A stretch of 62,367 bases of DNA, filler included, from Globobulimina sp. (GCA_003354225.1; 32 parts of 32 records of this genome joined end to end with filler, not necessarily neighbours in it); one strand, 5' to 3'. Shown: positions 33,197 through 47,473, counted from the whole stretch's first letter. The notes: generated by a model not told the origin, from the sequence alone. Translations and numbers: made by a program.

Positions 33197-34561
33197 CAAG
33201 AATGCAATGAAAGAATTGTTATCGACTGAACAAACATATGTGAGTTTATTAAAAAAATGTATTGATGTTTTTGTGGATCCATTATTAGCGCGCCCACAAT
33301 TATTGGATGATAAAATACAAAATGGACATCGGGCTTTATTTAGTGATATAAAAATAATCTATGGAATAAACGAAGCGTTTTTAGATGATTTAAATGCAAA
33401 ATATTCCAAATATGATGATAAGAATGGTATGGATATAATGGATGTGACCATTGGTGACTGCTTAAAGCGTTTTACACCGTACTTTCGATCGTATCAAAGC
33501 TATTTAAACAACTATGAAAAAGCATCAATTTTATTATCTAAATTGACCAAAAGCGAAAGTAATAAATTTAATGAATTTAATGAATGGTATAATGCAGAAA
33601 AATTGAAACATTGCGATAATAAGTCATTGGATTTTTATTTAATTTTACCCATACAAAGGTTGCCGAGATATAAATTATGTTTGAATGAAATCATAAAATA
33701 CACTGAATCGGATCATAAAGATTCAAATGATTTGAATTTTGCATTGAAACTAATATCGGATACAGTGAGTTTATGCAATGATAGAATGAAAGACTACGAA
33801 TCAAGATCTATTGTACGAGACATTGATGTTAAGTTAGTAACGCCGTCGCGAAGATTTATTAAACAGGGAATATTATCATTGATTACAGGAAAAGGAGACG
33901 AACTTAAATTAACATTCCTTTTATTTAGTGATTTATTGTGCTATGCGACTGGGAATATGGATGTGAATAATAGTAATTTTCGATTACAAATGAAACTGCC
34001 AATCGATGACGTATTCCATGTCGAAGATTTAAGAGATTCAATATCAATGCAGAAATATAATGGGAGAGCATTTGAAATTCATTCATCTGTTAAATCAATC
34101 CTTGTTTATGCTGAAAATATGAAAGATAAAACAGGTATATGTATAATTAATATATTATATATGTACAGTATAATACAACATGACATCTATACAAATATAT
34201 AACAGAATGGTTATTGGCTTTAACTGATTGTTTGGAGAAAATCCAAAATCTAATAAAGTATAAAGGTAAAACACGATATGAACTATCAGCGGCAGTGTGG
34301 ATACCCGATGATTGGAGTGATTGTTGCATGGTTAGTGATTGTAGAAAAAAGTTTAATTCATTTACAAGAAGGCGCCATTGCAGATGGTGTGGTCGATTGA
34401 TTTGTGGTTCATGTGGCAAATATAAATTAGCACATAAAATTCAGTCAGATAAAATGGTAAAACCAGTGTGTAAGAAATGTTATAATATGTATCATCAGAG
34501 ATTTAGAGCAAATACCGGCTCTTCTTTGTATGATGAAAACGATGAATATACAAAAAACTAA
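33197..34561 (+). CDS. DH-PH-FYVE RhoGEF, FGD-like (intron 34135-34205), 5' partial
   Basis: ELLSTEQTYV and LILPIQRLPRY (DH), FLLFSDLL (PH), WIPD...RRRHCRWCGRLICGSC (FYVE). Confidence 0.93.
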
Positions 34562-35148
34562 GTCGTGTAATGTTTTATTTTATGTTCTATAGCTAACTTT
34601 TTGGTATGCGTTTCAGTCATGCCTCGTAATTTTAATTTAAAAATATATTTTTTCGTAAACATAAATATGATAAATTTAATTTAACCTCTATTGGCCCTTT
34701 GATATATCTAGTTTATGAAAAACACATGTTTGAAATGTCGAACCCAAAATGGGTAAATCCTTTCAAAAAAACGTAATAAAAGGCATGTGGCAATGTAAGC
34801 TTATTTAAAAATGGCAAAAGAAAATGGTTATCCGCGAGCTCAAAATGATAAAAATACCAATGAAATAATAAAATAAATAGAAATACTAGAAATAGGCAAA
34901 AAGATCACCAATCTTGTATTAAATTGATTTCTTTGAGTCTTTTCACAGAAAGAAAAAAAATAATTACCAGAGCCATTGCAACAACAACAAAAAAAAATAT
35001 ACAAAAGAAAGAACTAATTAAAGTATATTATTATATGACAATGATAAGNNNNNNNNNNNNNNNNNNNNNNNNNNNNNNNNNNNNNNNNNNNNTTAATTAA
35101 TTAANNNNNNNNNNNNNNNNNNNNNNNNNNNNNNNNNNNNNNNNNNNN

Positions 35149-35289
35149 GTGCGCAAAATGTATGCAAATAATACGAATTAACATGCAATAATAAGATGAA
35201 CATAACTGTACAATTTCTCCAGGGATTAGTAACGCATTTAATGATTCCCCAATCTCTCGAATATACCCATCAACTAATAATTTATCCAT
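35149..35289 (-). CDS. 5' end of an LLVDGYIR-motif protein
   Basis: MDKLLVDGYIRE...LIPGEIVQLCSSYY, open to the contig edge. Confidence 0.6.
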
Positions 35290-35358
35290 GAAGCATCAAC
35301 TTGAAAATGATGGCATGATGAAAATAGTTAATAGTTTTGAGTGAAAAAGTTTACAGCG

Positions 35359-36530
35359 ATGTTGCAATATACGTGTTTGTGGATATGTTGTCTGTTATAT
35401 GCATCGCAATGCTTGTCAGAACAAGAGATATATTTTGATCCTATGGGCACCTCAACAGCAACTGAATGGACCTATAGTGGAAACGTTGCTGTTCCATCAA
35501 CAGCAAATCAATGCAGTCCACAAAATAGTTGTTTTGAATTGAATAATGGAGGTTGTGTCGAGAGAAATTTTTCAACTCTGGGATATCATAATATTAATTT
35601 CAGATTCGTTGCGGATTCGTTATGTTGTGATGGGCGGATTATTATAAAAGTATATGATGCGGCAACAGCAACACTTTTAACACACACAACAAATAATGTT
35701 GACAATGTAGAATCAACTCAGACTGTAATACCATCTCCACATTGGTTATGGGATAATATTTCAAAGTTTAAAATCCGGTTTGAACAACAAAGTAATATAA
35801 TATGGATTGACAGTCTACGTATAAACGGTGTTCCTATCACACCAACTCCGGCTCCGCTAGGTACTCATTATTTTATTTAAGCTCTTGAACTACAAATATG
35901 AGTACTACTCAAACTACAGCACATAGCCATAGCTATAATTTTACTCAAACAATAAAGAAAGATTATGAAGCTGCGGAGCAAGAGGATGATCAAAGCACAA
36001 CTACAGAAAGTGAACCTGGATATAATGACTCAAAAAAAACTGATTCCATGTTTGCTTATGATTATTTGTTGACTCATTGGCATTATTTGGTTATTGCAAT
36101 AGTTGTAGTTGTATTTATATGTTGCTTATGTATGAGAATCTTAAGTTGGTTGATAAAAATAAAGAATTCGACAAAAATACTATCAGTGTCATCTAAAAAA
36201 GATATGGCAGCGAAGGAAATGCAATGTAATGATCATGAGGGAAATGAAGAAATGGAGATTGAACAGATTTCGTTTCAAAGTATACAAATTACACAATCTG
36301 TCTCACCTACAAAACCTACAAAAACACCATTAACACCATTGGGATGTAAAGAAAAGGGAGTCGTGACGCCTAGTAAAGAGGGTGATGATGAAGAGGAGGG
36401 TGAGGATGATTATGATGAGATGTATGCTATAATGGAACAAGAAACTGCTGGAGGATTTTCCCTAACACCACCACATAATGAAACGCAGCATAATGATAAG
36501 AATGAGCAACATAAGGTGAGGCAATGGTAA
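35359..36530 (+). CDS. Type I membrane protein (intron 35861-35919)
   Basis: Signal peptide, beta-rich ectodomain, TM helix and acidic tail. The splice is in frame. Confidence 0.7.
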
Positions 36531-36776
36531 TGCTTGCAAATATATGTTTTTATATACTGTTAATATATTATTTTATTTATATATCATTTTCTGACTGGTT
36601 CCAAACATCATGCATCTATTTCTAGATCATTTTCAAATGATTAATCTGACTGTTACTAGCTTGGCAAATGATTAATCCATAATCCTAATGAAGATGTAAA
36701 GCAGCACCCAAGACTAGTACGGTATATTAAAACATTTTGCTACCATCAAATCTTGAAAACATCCCTATAGCGTACC

Positions 36777-37000
36777 ATGTCTCATTCTTATTCTCAATCG
36801 GAAAAAAGAAGAAAGACGAAGCGTAAATTAAGTAAATTGAAGATTAAACCATTTAACGTGCCACCTATCAAGAAACCAAAGACAAACGGAAGCAACAATA
36901 ATAACTCAAACCACTGCACTTCAAAGAATAAAATGAATAAAAATAATAAACAATCATCAGATAAATCAGACATAAAAATTGAAAATGAATTTGAACATTT
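36777..37000 (+). CDS. 5' end of a basic, probably nuclear protein
   Basis: Lys/Arg-rich ORF open to the contig end. Confidence 0.45.
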
Positions 37001-37293
37001 NNNNNNNNNNNNNNNNNNNNNNNNNNNNNNNNNNNNNNNNNNNNTTAATTAATTAANNNNNNNNNNNNNNNNNNNNNNNNNNNNNNNNNNNNNNNNNNNN
37101 ATTTTGCGGTGTAATAATTTCAAAATCCCAGATTCATACTGGTTTTCTATAGTTTGTAGAGCTGCGTCTTTCTTACCTAACATAGCATGCAGCGAGTTAT
37201 TCGTGAAAGCCATTTTGTTTATGATATAGTTTGACTGAAAAAACTTTTTTTACACTTGATATTTTTAAGATTTTTTACACGTATGCATGCGCA

Positions 37294-38952
37294 ATGTCAT
37301 TCTTTTCGAAACAAGCATTCCATGACGATGATGATTCTGATATCGATTGTGAATTAACCAACGATAATACCTGGGATGACGACACTGACATTAATATCTG
37401 TCAACCAGTGTCAGTATCAAATAACGATTTAAATATCATCAAAAAAGAGACCTTCATCAACAAATCATCCAATAACAATTCCAACCACAATGTACCATCC
37501 ATGCAATCGGACCATACCAACCCAATCAAAAAAGAAGACAATTTCCAACACGCTCCACCAACCATACCTTCACAACAAAATGACACTGACAATAAAACCT
37601 CATACAATTTGATCCATGATAACCTGGATAAAGACACTGATGACGACATACTATTTGACAGTGACTCTGATGAGGAACCCATTGCTTTTTTCAATAAAAG
37701 CACCGCAGTTAAACCCATTGAGTCAAACCCAAGCATAGCAGTTAAAGTTGAACCCATTGAGTTACGCAATAAAGCCGCTGCAGTTAAAACTGAGCCCATT
37801 GCGCTTTGCAATACAAACATTGCAGTAAAAGCTGAAGCCATTATACCGGCAACAAAAACAAAAGGAAGCATCCTGGCACCAAATACACACAAAATGAAGC
37901 AACGGAGGCAAACTAAAATTAAGCTCCCAGTCAAACTGCAAAAAAAAGAAACATTGCAATTTGTTATACCACCAAACCAACACTTAAAAGCACAACATAA
38001 TAAAAACAAAAATAAATACCGAAGCAAGAAATATCGGAATAACAATAGGCGTAAAGCAGTGGGCATGAATTGGAAGACAAAAGCAGGCGTTTTATCGACT
38101 AAAGTGAACAATAAACAATGTCCAATATCGCACCCTCGCTCTGAGCTAACTATCCAAGAAAGAACGAAATATGTTGCATTGAGACACAAACTGTTGATTA
38201 AGAAAGAAGTATTAACACAGGTTGAGAGTATCCAATATAATGAGTTACAAACAAGGCTTAGCGATGAACAAAATGTGTTTAAAAAGTGGATGTTTGCGTT
38301 TTATAAAGGAAAAGATGAGAAATATTGTGATGATGAGGAATTAATAAACTTTGCACAACAAAACCAAGCAGAATTTAGAAACTATAAAATGAATTTAAAC
38401 GAATTGGTCAAACGTTCAAAGTTTAATCACTTGGCATATTATTATATTAACCACCATACATTGCTGCATATTCAACGGATTATAAACACAAAAAAAAAGA
38501 ATTTATTCAATAATTTTGCAGATAAATATATTGTACAAGAATGTGGTCAACAAATGGGTGAAATTTGTGGGCGAAATGTTGGTGAAAAGGAAGCATTGAT
38601 ATCCTTTGAGTTTTTAGCAAATTTGAATGAAAATAATGGTCAAATACCACAATGGAAGATACCACGAAAATATTTTAATCGGACATATAATGATCAGATA
38701 GCAATGGATATATTACCATCAATGCTGAATGTATATGGAGAAGAAAAGGAAAAGGATCGGAATGATATGACAAAACATATTCGCTATAAAGAAGCAGTAA
38801 ATGTATCAAAGGATGATATAATTGGCGATATTTTATTAAATAATCCAAATTCAAAGGATATAAATGTTGTAATATCAGATCATGTGATGAGTTTATTGAT
38901 TGATACTGATCAAAACAATAAATGGAGCAAAAGTTTTATGATTCCGTTTGTA
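37294..38952 (+). CDS. Nuclear protein, possibly ICE2/NARG2-like, 3' partial
   Basis: Acidic N-terminus with repeated VKxE/IKKE SUMO-consensus sites. The C-terminal VSKD...VVIS...LLID...W...IP pattern recalls ICE2, by eye only. Confidence 0.45.
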
Positions 38953-39052
38953 NNNNNNNNNNNNNNNNNNNNNNNNNNNNNNNNNNNNNNNNNNNNTTAA
39001 TTAATTAANNNNNNNNNNNNNNNNNNNNNNNNNNNNNNNNNNNNNNNNNNNN

Positions 39053-39460
39053 TATACAATAAATAATAAATTCCGTTAATTCTGTAGGTGTTGTTGTTTC
39101 TTGTTTATTTTCGTCGTCATCTTTACTTTCTGGGGCATGCGACCTGACATTAAACAAACATCTCATGTCAATTGCGCCCAAATCCAAAAAAATATATATT
39201 TTTTCTTTTGTTTCGTTGTAACCATAATTGGTGACTATGAATTCACACTTATTTAAGGCAGTTTGCAAGCATATTTCTTGGAGTATATCTTTCCGTTCAT
39301 TACGCATTTCATTGATGGTGCATTCTTTGTGTGCCAAATATTTACCATCCGCCGTTTTTACTAATTGCACCACTCCAAATGCACCTTCGCCTAATGTTCC
39401 TAATACACGAGCGACTGCAATGTCGCTTTTGTGTAACGTGTTTTTTTTTGGAGCTGACAT
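39053..39460 (-). CDS. Ser/Thr protein kinase N-lobe, 3' partial
   Basis: LGEGAFGVV, AHK, and the alphaC Glu (QEI). Confidence 0.9.
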
Positions 39461-39846
39461 GATAATTGATGGTATGTGGAAAGTGTATGTATCAAAACCA
39501 TGGGACCACGTCTAGGATTCGCTTAATTGAGTATTGTTACGTTCCTTTTACAAACGAATGAAACATTTGACATGTTATTTATTTCGATGCAGCAACAGAA
39601 CTTGCAAAGCAGTTAATAGAAATGGTCAAATTAACAGAGCCAAATAATAACAGAATCCCTCTGACATCCAATATAAATGGTTGTTATATAAGCAAATTCC
39701 AACACATCTTTTAGTGAATGGTACGATTAACTCTATGATGATTCAGAACCGATTTCAATTGAAAATTTAATTCGTGTCAAAACCAATTGGATCCATCGAT
39801 ATCCAGACTGGTTTCAAAAACAAGTTGATTTATACAATTACAATTA

Positions 39847-40813
39847 ATGGAAAAAAATAACATAAGTGGCGGATATAATGACTCCTCGTATTCGCGATAC
39901 GGCAATAACGGTGGCGGTGGTGGCCATTATGGACAATCGACAAATTCATATGGTTCAAAGTATGTATTTATGTATTTTTTTATGTAAATTCCCTGTTTTT
40001 TTTGCCTAAAATAAGTTTGATTTTCTCTCTATAAAAATCCATGCAAAAATAAAATAAAATAGAGCATGTGCTGTACATTGAGAGAGAAAACAAACTGACA
40101 CTAAACACAACTGGTATTCTGACAATTTTTTTTGTTTACTTCTATTTTTTAGCAGGAACTCATCCAAATACACCCGCGAAGACAGAGAAAACCCGCCCAA
40201 ATCGCGCGTGTTGGGGTGTTTTGGGCTCTCTAAAAGGACGGGGGAGCGGGAGTTACGAGACGTGTTCGAAAGGTACGGCATTGTGGAGAAAGTGATGTTG
40301 ATTATTGACAGAAAGACGCAGATCAGCAAAGGTTACGCCTTTGTATACTTCGGAGATCCGAGCGGCGCACACAAAGCAAAAGAAGCCTGTACCGGCATCG
40401 AATTGGATGGCAGGCCGATCAGAGTCGATTTTAGTTTGACCAAACGGCCGCATTCGCCCACACCGGGCACCTATTTGGGGCGGAGATATCCGCAGAAATA
40501 CGACAATAGACATGGTGGCGGCGGCGGTGGCGGACATGGAGGTGGTTATGGACAGTCTTCGTACGGCAATAATAGATATAATAACAACCAGTATAATGGA
40601 GGAGGAGGAGGTGGTTATGGCGGAGGAGGCGGTGGTGGTAATTATGGAGGACGAGGTGGCGGCGGTAAGTATGGAGTGAGTGGCAGTGACCGGCAGAAAG
40701 GGTCCAGATCGAGGTCGAGAAGTAAGTCTGGTTCAAGGTCTAGGTCGAGATCGAGGAGTTATTCCAAGTCGAGATCGAGGTCGCGGTCGAGGAGTGCTTC
40801 GAGATCGCACTGA
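39847..40813 (+). CDS. TRA2: Transformer-2 splicing factor (intron 39960-40152, NAGNAG acceptor)
   Basis: RENP...LGCFGLS..T.ERELR.VF..YG, RNP1 KGYAFVYF, IRVDFSLTKRPHSPTPGTYLG, Gly-rich and RS tail. Confidence 0.9.
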
Positions 40814-41004
40814 TTTGTGTTGGATTAAAGTTGATGATAATTGTTTTGAAGTAAAGTGTATTTTTTGTTTTGAAGTAAAATGTGTAGTATATTAAATACG
40901 GACTNNNNNNNNNNNNNNNNNNNNNNNNNNNNNNNNNNNNNNNNNNNNTTAATTAATTAANNNNNNNNNNNNNNNNNNNNNNNNNNNNNNNNNNNNNNNN
41001 NNNN

Positions 41005-41745
41005 CATATGCTTTATTTCTATTGTATTTGAATCATATGCCAACCGGTTAAGTTAAAAAAAATACATAACCAATGTACCAATATACAAACAACTAAAAAT
41101 ATTAATTATAATATCAAAGGTTGCGGAACCTGGCCAGCATGGTATGTTCCACAGTACATTAAAATATATACACTAAAATAGGTGGACAGTAGGTCCAAAT
41201 TGGCCAAATGGAGGCGAGATTGATATCATTGAGCAAGTTAATACGGCAACAAATGACCAGTCAACATTGCATACAGGTTCGGGCTGTGATTTCGGTGCAG
41301 CGCCAAAGAATTATACTGGCACTACTTTGGGTAATAATTGCTTAGGTAATAATGGCTGCGGCATCCAGAATAGAAACGGGAAATCTTTTGGTGGCACGTT
41401 TAATTCTGCCGGCGGCGGATTATTTGCAATGCAGTGGACAGATTGGGGCATTTCTATGTGGTTTTGGAACGAAGGGAGTATTCCCAGCGATCCCTTAAAC
41501 AGCAATAATCCGAATACGTTATCGTGGGGCATACCATACAGTGGCAGTTTGGTTCTTGGTGTCCAGAGTCGAATTTCGTAAATCAACAGGTTATATTTGA
41601 TTTGACTTTTTGTGGGGATTGGTGTGGAGCTGTGTTTGCCAGTCAATGTCCGGGAAAAGGAAACTGTAATGGTTATGTACAAAATAATGCGGGTGCTTTT
41701 GGTGAAGCATATTGGGATATTCATTGGATGAAAGTGTTTCAATGA
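41005..41745 (+). CDS. GH16 beta-1,3-glucanase (Lam16A-like), 5' partial; introns 41047-41119 and 41142-41181; frameshift near 41540
   Basis: Spliced HMPTGCGTWPAWW, catalytic EIDIIE, and FDLTFCGDW in a different frame. Confidence 0.85.
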
Positions 41746-41787
41746 AAACAGTGACTTGTTTCACAAAACTCTCTCGAAGTACAGACA

Positions 41788-42856
41788 ATGTCTGCTAGCA
41801 AAGGTCAACCATTTTTAACAGCAAAACAAGCAACAGTCAACACATGGCATCAACTGCCAAGATCTCCTTTGGCAGCCTATGCGTCAGAGCCAGAGAGCCG
41901 TGATTATTGCAATAAGCATAATTGTACGGGATCCGTAAACAGAAGAATCCATCGGAAAAATAAAAAACATCAACACCGACATAGACACACAAAAAGTATA
42001 AATCCGAATCCATTGGAGAAAAAAGATTCTGCTAATTTCTTTATTTCCGAATTAATAAAACAAGACCGAAATAATCAAGAAAAACAGGTCCATTGTATCA
42101 GTGTTTGCAAATCTTATAATTTTGATGAAATATCAACTTATTTGAATAATAATTATTATTTTATATTTGCACGCTACGAAGACGCACTACATTTTAAAAT
42201 TAAATTAAAAATCGATAATAATGAAAATGAAAATAATTTACAATGCATTGTGAATGACGAAGATATTTTTGTATTTCAGAATGAGGGTGTTATCGTATTT
42301 TGGAATGTAGACAAACGAGCTCGCTACAGATTTGTTGATTTATTGAAAGAAATTCAAATTAATTATCCAATCCATGAATTGTCACAAAAAATATTGCCTC
42401 AAATAGACAATTTTGATTATGAATTGGGACATAATTTTGAAATCGAAAACAGTGAGATTACATTATCACTGATTAGTTGTTTTGAGAAACAATTCGTTGA
42501 AACTTGGACGGAATATCTCCGCCAAAATAGTTTTGATTATACATTTGATTTAAATATCAATATTGACCATGATGGCAGTAAAATGAATGAACAACAATTA
42601 AAATTACAAGATCACAATGATAAAAACATAAATATAAATTGGAAAGCTGTCCGAGGTGTTTTAATGATGCAAAAACTGGCAATTTCCTTTGGTTTGGCTC
42701 AATCAGTAAAATTAACTGTATTTGAAATAAGAATGGATGAGAACATTGAGTTAAATGCAGATATTCCCAAACAAATGGCATTGAATGGATCGATTGGTTT
42801 GAATGGGAAACAAATTGGACAAAGAATGGGTCGATTATTTATTGCGAGATCTGAAT
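41788..42856 (+). CDS. RMND1/Rmd1 (DUF155) family protein, 3' partial
   Basis: IFVF..GVIVFWN, KLAISFGLAQSVKL..FE, IP..MA..G. Confidence 0.85.
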
Positions 42857-42956
42857 NNNNNNNNNNNNNNNNNNNNNNNNNNNNNNNNNNNNNNNNNNNN
42901 TTAATTAATTAANNNNNNNNNNNNNNNNNNNNNNNNNNNNNNNNNNNNNNNNNNNN

Positions 42957-44331
42957 AATTGTATCAACAATTGATTATGAAATAATACGTGAGCTAGAAA
43001 GAAGTGATAGTGATTTAAATGTATTAATTGCAGAGGAATCAAAAGTATTTGGTCGATTAAGAGATGTGGTGGTCGGCTCATGGACGCAGCGATTTGTTTC
43101 GAAAAGAATGAAAATCAAATTTGTAAATATATTATTTAAAAGAAGGATAAGTTTATTACATGAATTTTCGAGAAATGATCAATTAAATACGAATAAATTG
43201 TTAATAGCATATAATGGATTATCAGAATACACGTTTTATCATGAAAATAAATTGAAAAAAATGATAAAAATTACAGGAAATGTTGAAATGTTTACGTATT
43301 ATATTCAAAATATGGCAGCTAAATTCATTCAAAATGCAATTGATTTTGATTTAAAAAACAAGAATAAACATTCATTATTTTTACATTCATTATCACATAT
43401 TTTTGGGTTAGACATTGACGATAATGATGGCAATGAGCGGTTAATGTATCCAGACAATAACACAATTATCGAATTACAAGAAATGATAAAAAAAATAAGA
43501 ATTAAATTATATGACGATTTTGATAAAATAAATAATTCAATACAACTTTCGCAAAATAATATTAACACACAAATTGAAAAAATGCAAGAAATATTTTTCA
43601 ATAATTGCGGAAATATTAATACACGAAACCCATTGATTAAAGATAACATTTTTAATTTTATTTCAGTTTCAAAAATAATGAAGCAAAATTATAAAAAATT
43701 AATGATTCCAAAGATATATTTAAATAAAATGATTATTCATTACATTCCGTTATTTCAAAAATTAACAAAATATGCTGAAAATGTATTAATTCAATATAAT
43801 ATTAAATGGTGCAAATATAATTATCGTTCATTTCAATTTACACAAAACATTTGGAATGAATTACAATTAAAATATAAAAATAATAATTGTAATAATGATG
43901 AGGAGGATGACATTCTCAATGACCCAGAATGGCTAAAAGATAATTTTCATGAAACAAATACATTTTTGAGAAATGAAATAACAGCATTGGAGAAATTATT
44001 AAGTGATCAAATAGTGAGTGAGTGTTTTGTAAATATTCTGCAGTCATCAATGTCAATCACAGATAATATAATAATGAAAGCAATATTATGTGAATCAGGA
44101 TCAATATATTTTTATCAACATAATGACAATGATGATCAGGATAAATTGACACAAAATGAATTCAAATTTGTGATTGATTTATCAACAATAACCAATATAC
44201 ACCATCATGACAATGACAATGTACTGCAGTTTGTATTCAACAAAGGAAATAAGATAGCAATTCAATTTCAAAATTACAATGTCTATCAAAAATGGAAATC
44301 TATTCATTTGTCATCATTGATTCCACAATAA
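42957..44331 (+). CDS. Hypothetical helical protein with a C-terminal PH-like domain, 5' partial
   Basis: Long open frame ending in IYFY...IDLS.I....W (PH-like). Confidence 0.55.
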
Positions 44332-44427
44332 ATAACTTTTTTGTGTATTGTTTTTTGTTGGTTGTACTATATTTTATTCCGTTTTCAGTTTTGTGTATAC
44401 CATAAATTACTGTTAAATTAAACAATT

Positions 44428-44808
44428 TTACAACTCGAGTTTTTTTTTCTTTGCAAATGGACATTGAGTAACTTTCTGAACACAGTCACAACACAAAATG
44501 TGTCCACATTGTAACGCATGCGATTTCCAGTTGGCATAACAAATGGGACACGAATCACCTTCGATATTTCCTGGTTTTACTGCATATCCATCATCACTTT
44601 TCATCGCATTTATTCCTAAATTATCGCTCCTTTGGCTTTCATCCATAAAATATATTTTTCATCGTCATTTTGAGCACTTACACTTCCTAAATGTTGCGGG
44701 ACAGAAACAACAGTTTTAATCGCATTTGTATTGACCACTGATTTTGCAGTGGCGATGCCGACTTTTGCCGTATTTTGAGCAGCAGATACAACCAAATTTA
44801 TGCTTCCA
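44428..44808 (-). CDS. C-terminal RING finger fragment, possibly frameshifted
   Basis: CPIC...CGHILCCDC....CP. Confidence 0.6.
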
Positions 44809-44908
44809 NNNNNNNNNNNNNNNNNNNNNNNNNNNNNNNNNNNNNNNNNNNNTTAATTAATTAANNNNNNNNNNNNNNNNNNNNNNNNNNNNNNNNNNNN
44901 NNNNNNNN

Positions 44909-45002
44909 TGGGTTAGCTAGAATGGTTTTCAACTTTGAATACTAGGATTCGAATCCTAGGTCAACTTCGAATACTAGGTTGAAAACCGCTCTAGCTAACC
45001 CA
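44909..45002. repeat. Small inverted-repeat (hairpin) element
   Basis: 25-bp arms at 44909-44933 and 44978-45002 (2 mismatches), with a perfect internal palindrome CTAGGATTCGAATCCTAG at 44942-44959. Confidence 0.8.
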
Positions 45003-45729
45003 AAAACCTTGCCAATCACAAAAGAAGTGTTTAGAAGTTTAAGCCTAAAAAGCAATTGTTCTTGCGTGAGATTGGAACCACACATATTATTTATTTGTTT
45101 CTCGCGATATACATGGATTTCTTTGGAGTAATTGACTTTTTGCTTCCTGTGAAATGGTTGGTGGTTAGAACGATTTTACGGTTTTCCAGTTTTTGCAGAC
45201 TGGCTTGCTTTTAACAGTTTAATTTAACAGATCGAGCTGGTCATTTTTTAACGCCGTATATATACGGCATTAGTATGCATATACAACACGTACAATCCAA
45301 ACGAAAATTAACACACATTTGTACTCAACCATTGCGTCTCCTATGATGATCTAGTGACTTTCGACTCAATACCTGTATTGATCACATACTCAGAAACATC
45401 ACAAAACTATTGATAACAACTGTAACATAATCAATACAGATATTTTAAATAACGTTGTAATGTAACAACTGTAATGTTACATAAATAACGTTGTAATCAA
45501 TACAGATATTTGTGGTTGGTTTGATTGTGTGTTTTTGTGTTTGGTTGGCTGGTCTTTGCGTGATGTGATGTGATGATTGGGATTTGAACCCAAATCTTCT
45601 TCAATAAGATGCTTTTTTAAGCTGTCATCACTTTAAATAAATTATATGAATTAAGCGACTTCGATCGTCGCTCATATTAGATAAATAAAACGTGTCATTT
45701 TCACACGTTTGAGCCATGAATATTTGCAT

Positions 45730-46680
45730 TCAAATCGCATATAATATTGCATCGATATGGCATCCAAATCGCAAATATAATATGCAATCGTCAGTACACA
45801 TATTATATAATATAACGGATCCAATGATGTTAACACATTCAATGCTGTATAGCTTTGTGCCTGTACTTAGTATCTCGTCCAACGTTGTACTTATTGCCAC
45901 TGTACAAAATATAAAGTGTTTCCAACTCAAAATATATACAGAAATATATGATACCTATGCTGGAAATGGGAACACTGTTCGTATATTCTACATCTTTTGT
46001 AACATATTTGCCAAATCCACACAAACCAATAACATCTTCATATATCCATTGTGCCTTAATATTGTCCCAAATAAGTGACTAAAATCATCACCACAGAATA
46101 GCGTTGATTCAGTGCAAGAATCTGCATTTTTTTGCACAATCCATATGACAGAAAGCGTGTTGTGAACAATATATATTTGTATGACTGCAATCTGCGGAAT
46201 TTAAACCGTTGCATGATATTAAACATTACAGATGTCGTGTTTGCAGAAATAGGCAGTGAGTGGATGGTGTTGTTGGTGCACTGGTTACCAATGTCACAGT
46301 TTATGTGTATATTGGATGAGTTTTGTTGTGCTATGATTGTAGAAGCATAGAAATCAGATTCAACAGTTTGTAAATTAATGGATAATTCGCCACCGTTGGA
46401 TCCTGGTGAATAAATTGTCATTGCTTTGCCTGCATCGATAGAGCCGATATTGATCTCCGTGTATTTACAGGTTGTGGCTAAGACAGTTGCTCCAAGACAT
46501 GATTTTGCCTGGTTTGGATATACATTATTTATTGGGGCTGGATTCTTTTTGTAATCCATTTTCATCCATTTTTCATCCTACTCAAACATCTTCTCTTTCA
46601 TATATCTTATCCACCCAACCAATACGTACACATCCTGATCCATCATTGTCGCTAATCGACTCAATTGGATGTAATTAGTG
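45730..46680 (-). pseudogene. Fragmented Cys-repeat extracellular protein gene
   Basis: Several short offset ORFs with I.C....C....I patterns, broken by stops and frameshifts. Confidence 0.45.
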
Positions 46681-47473
46681 AGCCGTGCATTTAGATTTAT
46701 GCTGGTGAATATTCAGTAAAGCTTTTGGAAAACTGCAGAAAACTGTACGTTTCCATCGANNNNNNNNNNNNNNNNNNNNNNNNNNNNNNNNNNNNNNNNN
46801 NNNTTAATTAATTAANNNNNNNNNNNNNNNNNNNNNNNNNNNNNNNNNNNNNNNNNNNNCAATATATAACTTGACTATTTATGGAAACATACATATTCAG
46901 GCTGATATTCCAATAATATTTAGTTTTAACAGTTTTTCATGATTTCAATACACTTTTTCAATACACTTTTTCAATACACTTTTACAATTTTTTACAATTT
47001 TTTACATTTCATCATATTTTAACTTTTACAATTTTTTGATACCAAAAAAGGGGTACATCAATTCGAAATCCGTAATAGTAGTCATGTACAGATGCAAACC
47101 AACACATTTGTATATAAATTCACTAAGTTTTTATGCAAACGAGATACGAAAATGTCATTAATATAATTTCCCGACATGTCCATATTTCAAGTGTTTGTTC
47201 TGTTTCGTTTGATCATTGTTTAAAATTTAAATTTTTAGCACTTTAAGCATAATCTTAATAGATGGAACATAAATAAATGTAAAATATAACATACTAAATT
47301 TAAAACAAATGAGGATTTATATTCCATTTATTTCAATCAGGCACAACAGAAAAGCGCCAAAAAAAATAAATATATATAATCCAATCACATCAATCACTGC
47401 AAAAAAAAAACAAAAGAGGAGAAAAAAAAAGAAAACTGGACAGTACATATCGTACAAACTGAAAACCGAATAT

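Noticed and set aside
45060-45600. tRNA genes at B-box-like words
   Set aside because: No cloverleaf could be built around them.
46940-47040. TTTTTCAATACAC / TTTTTACAA short tandem repeats
   Set aside because: Ordinary low-complexity slippage repeats.
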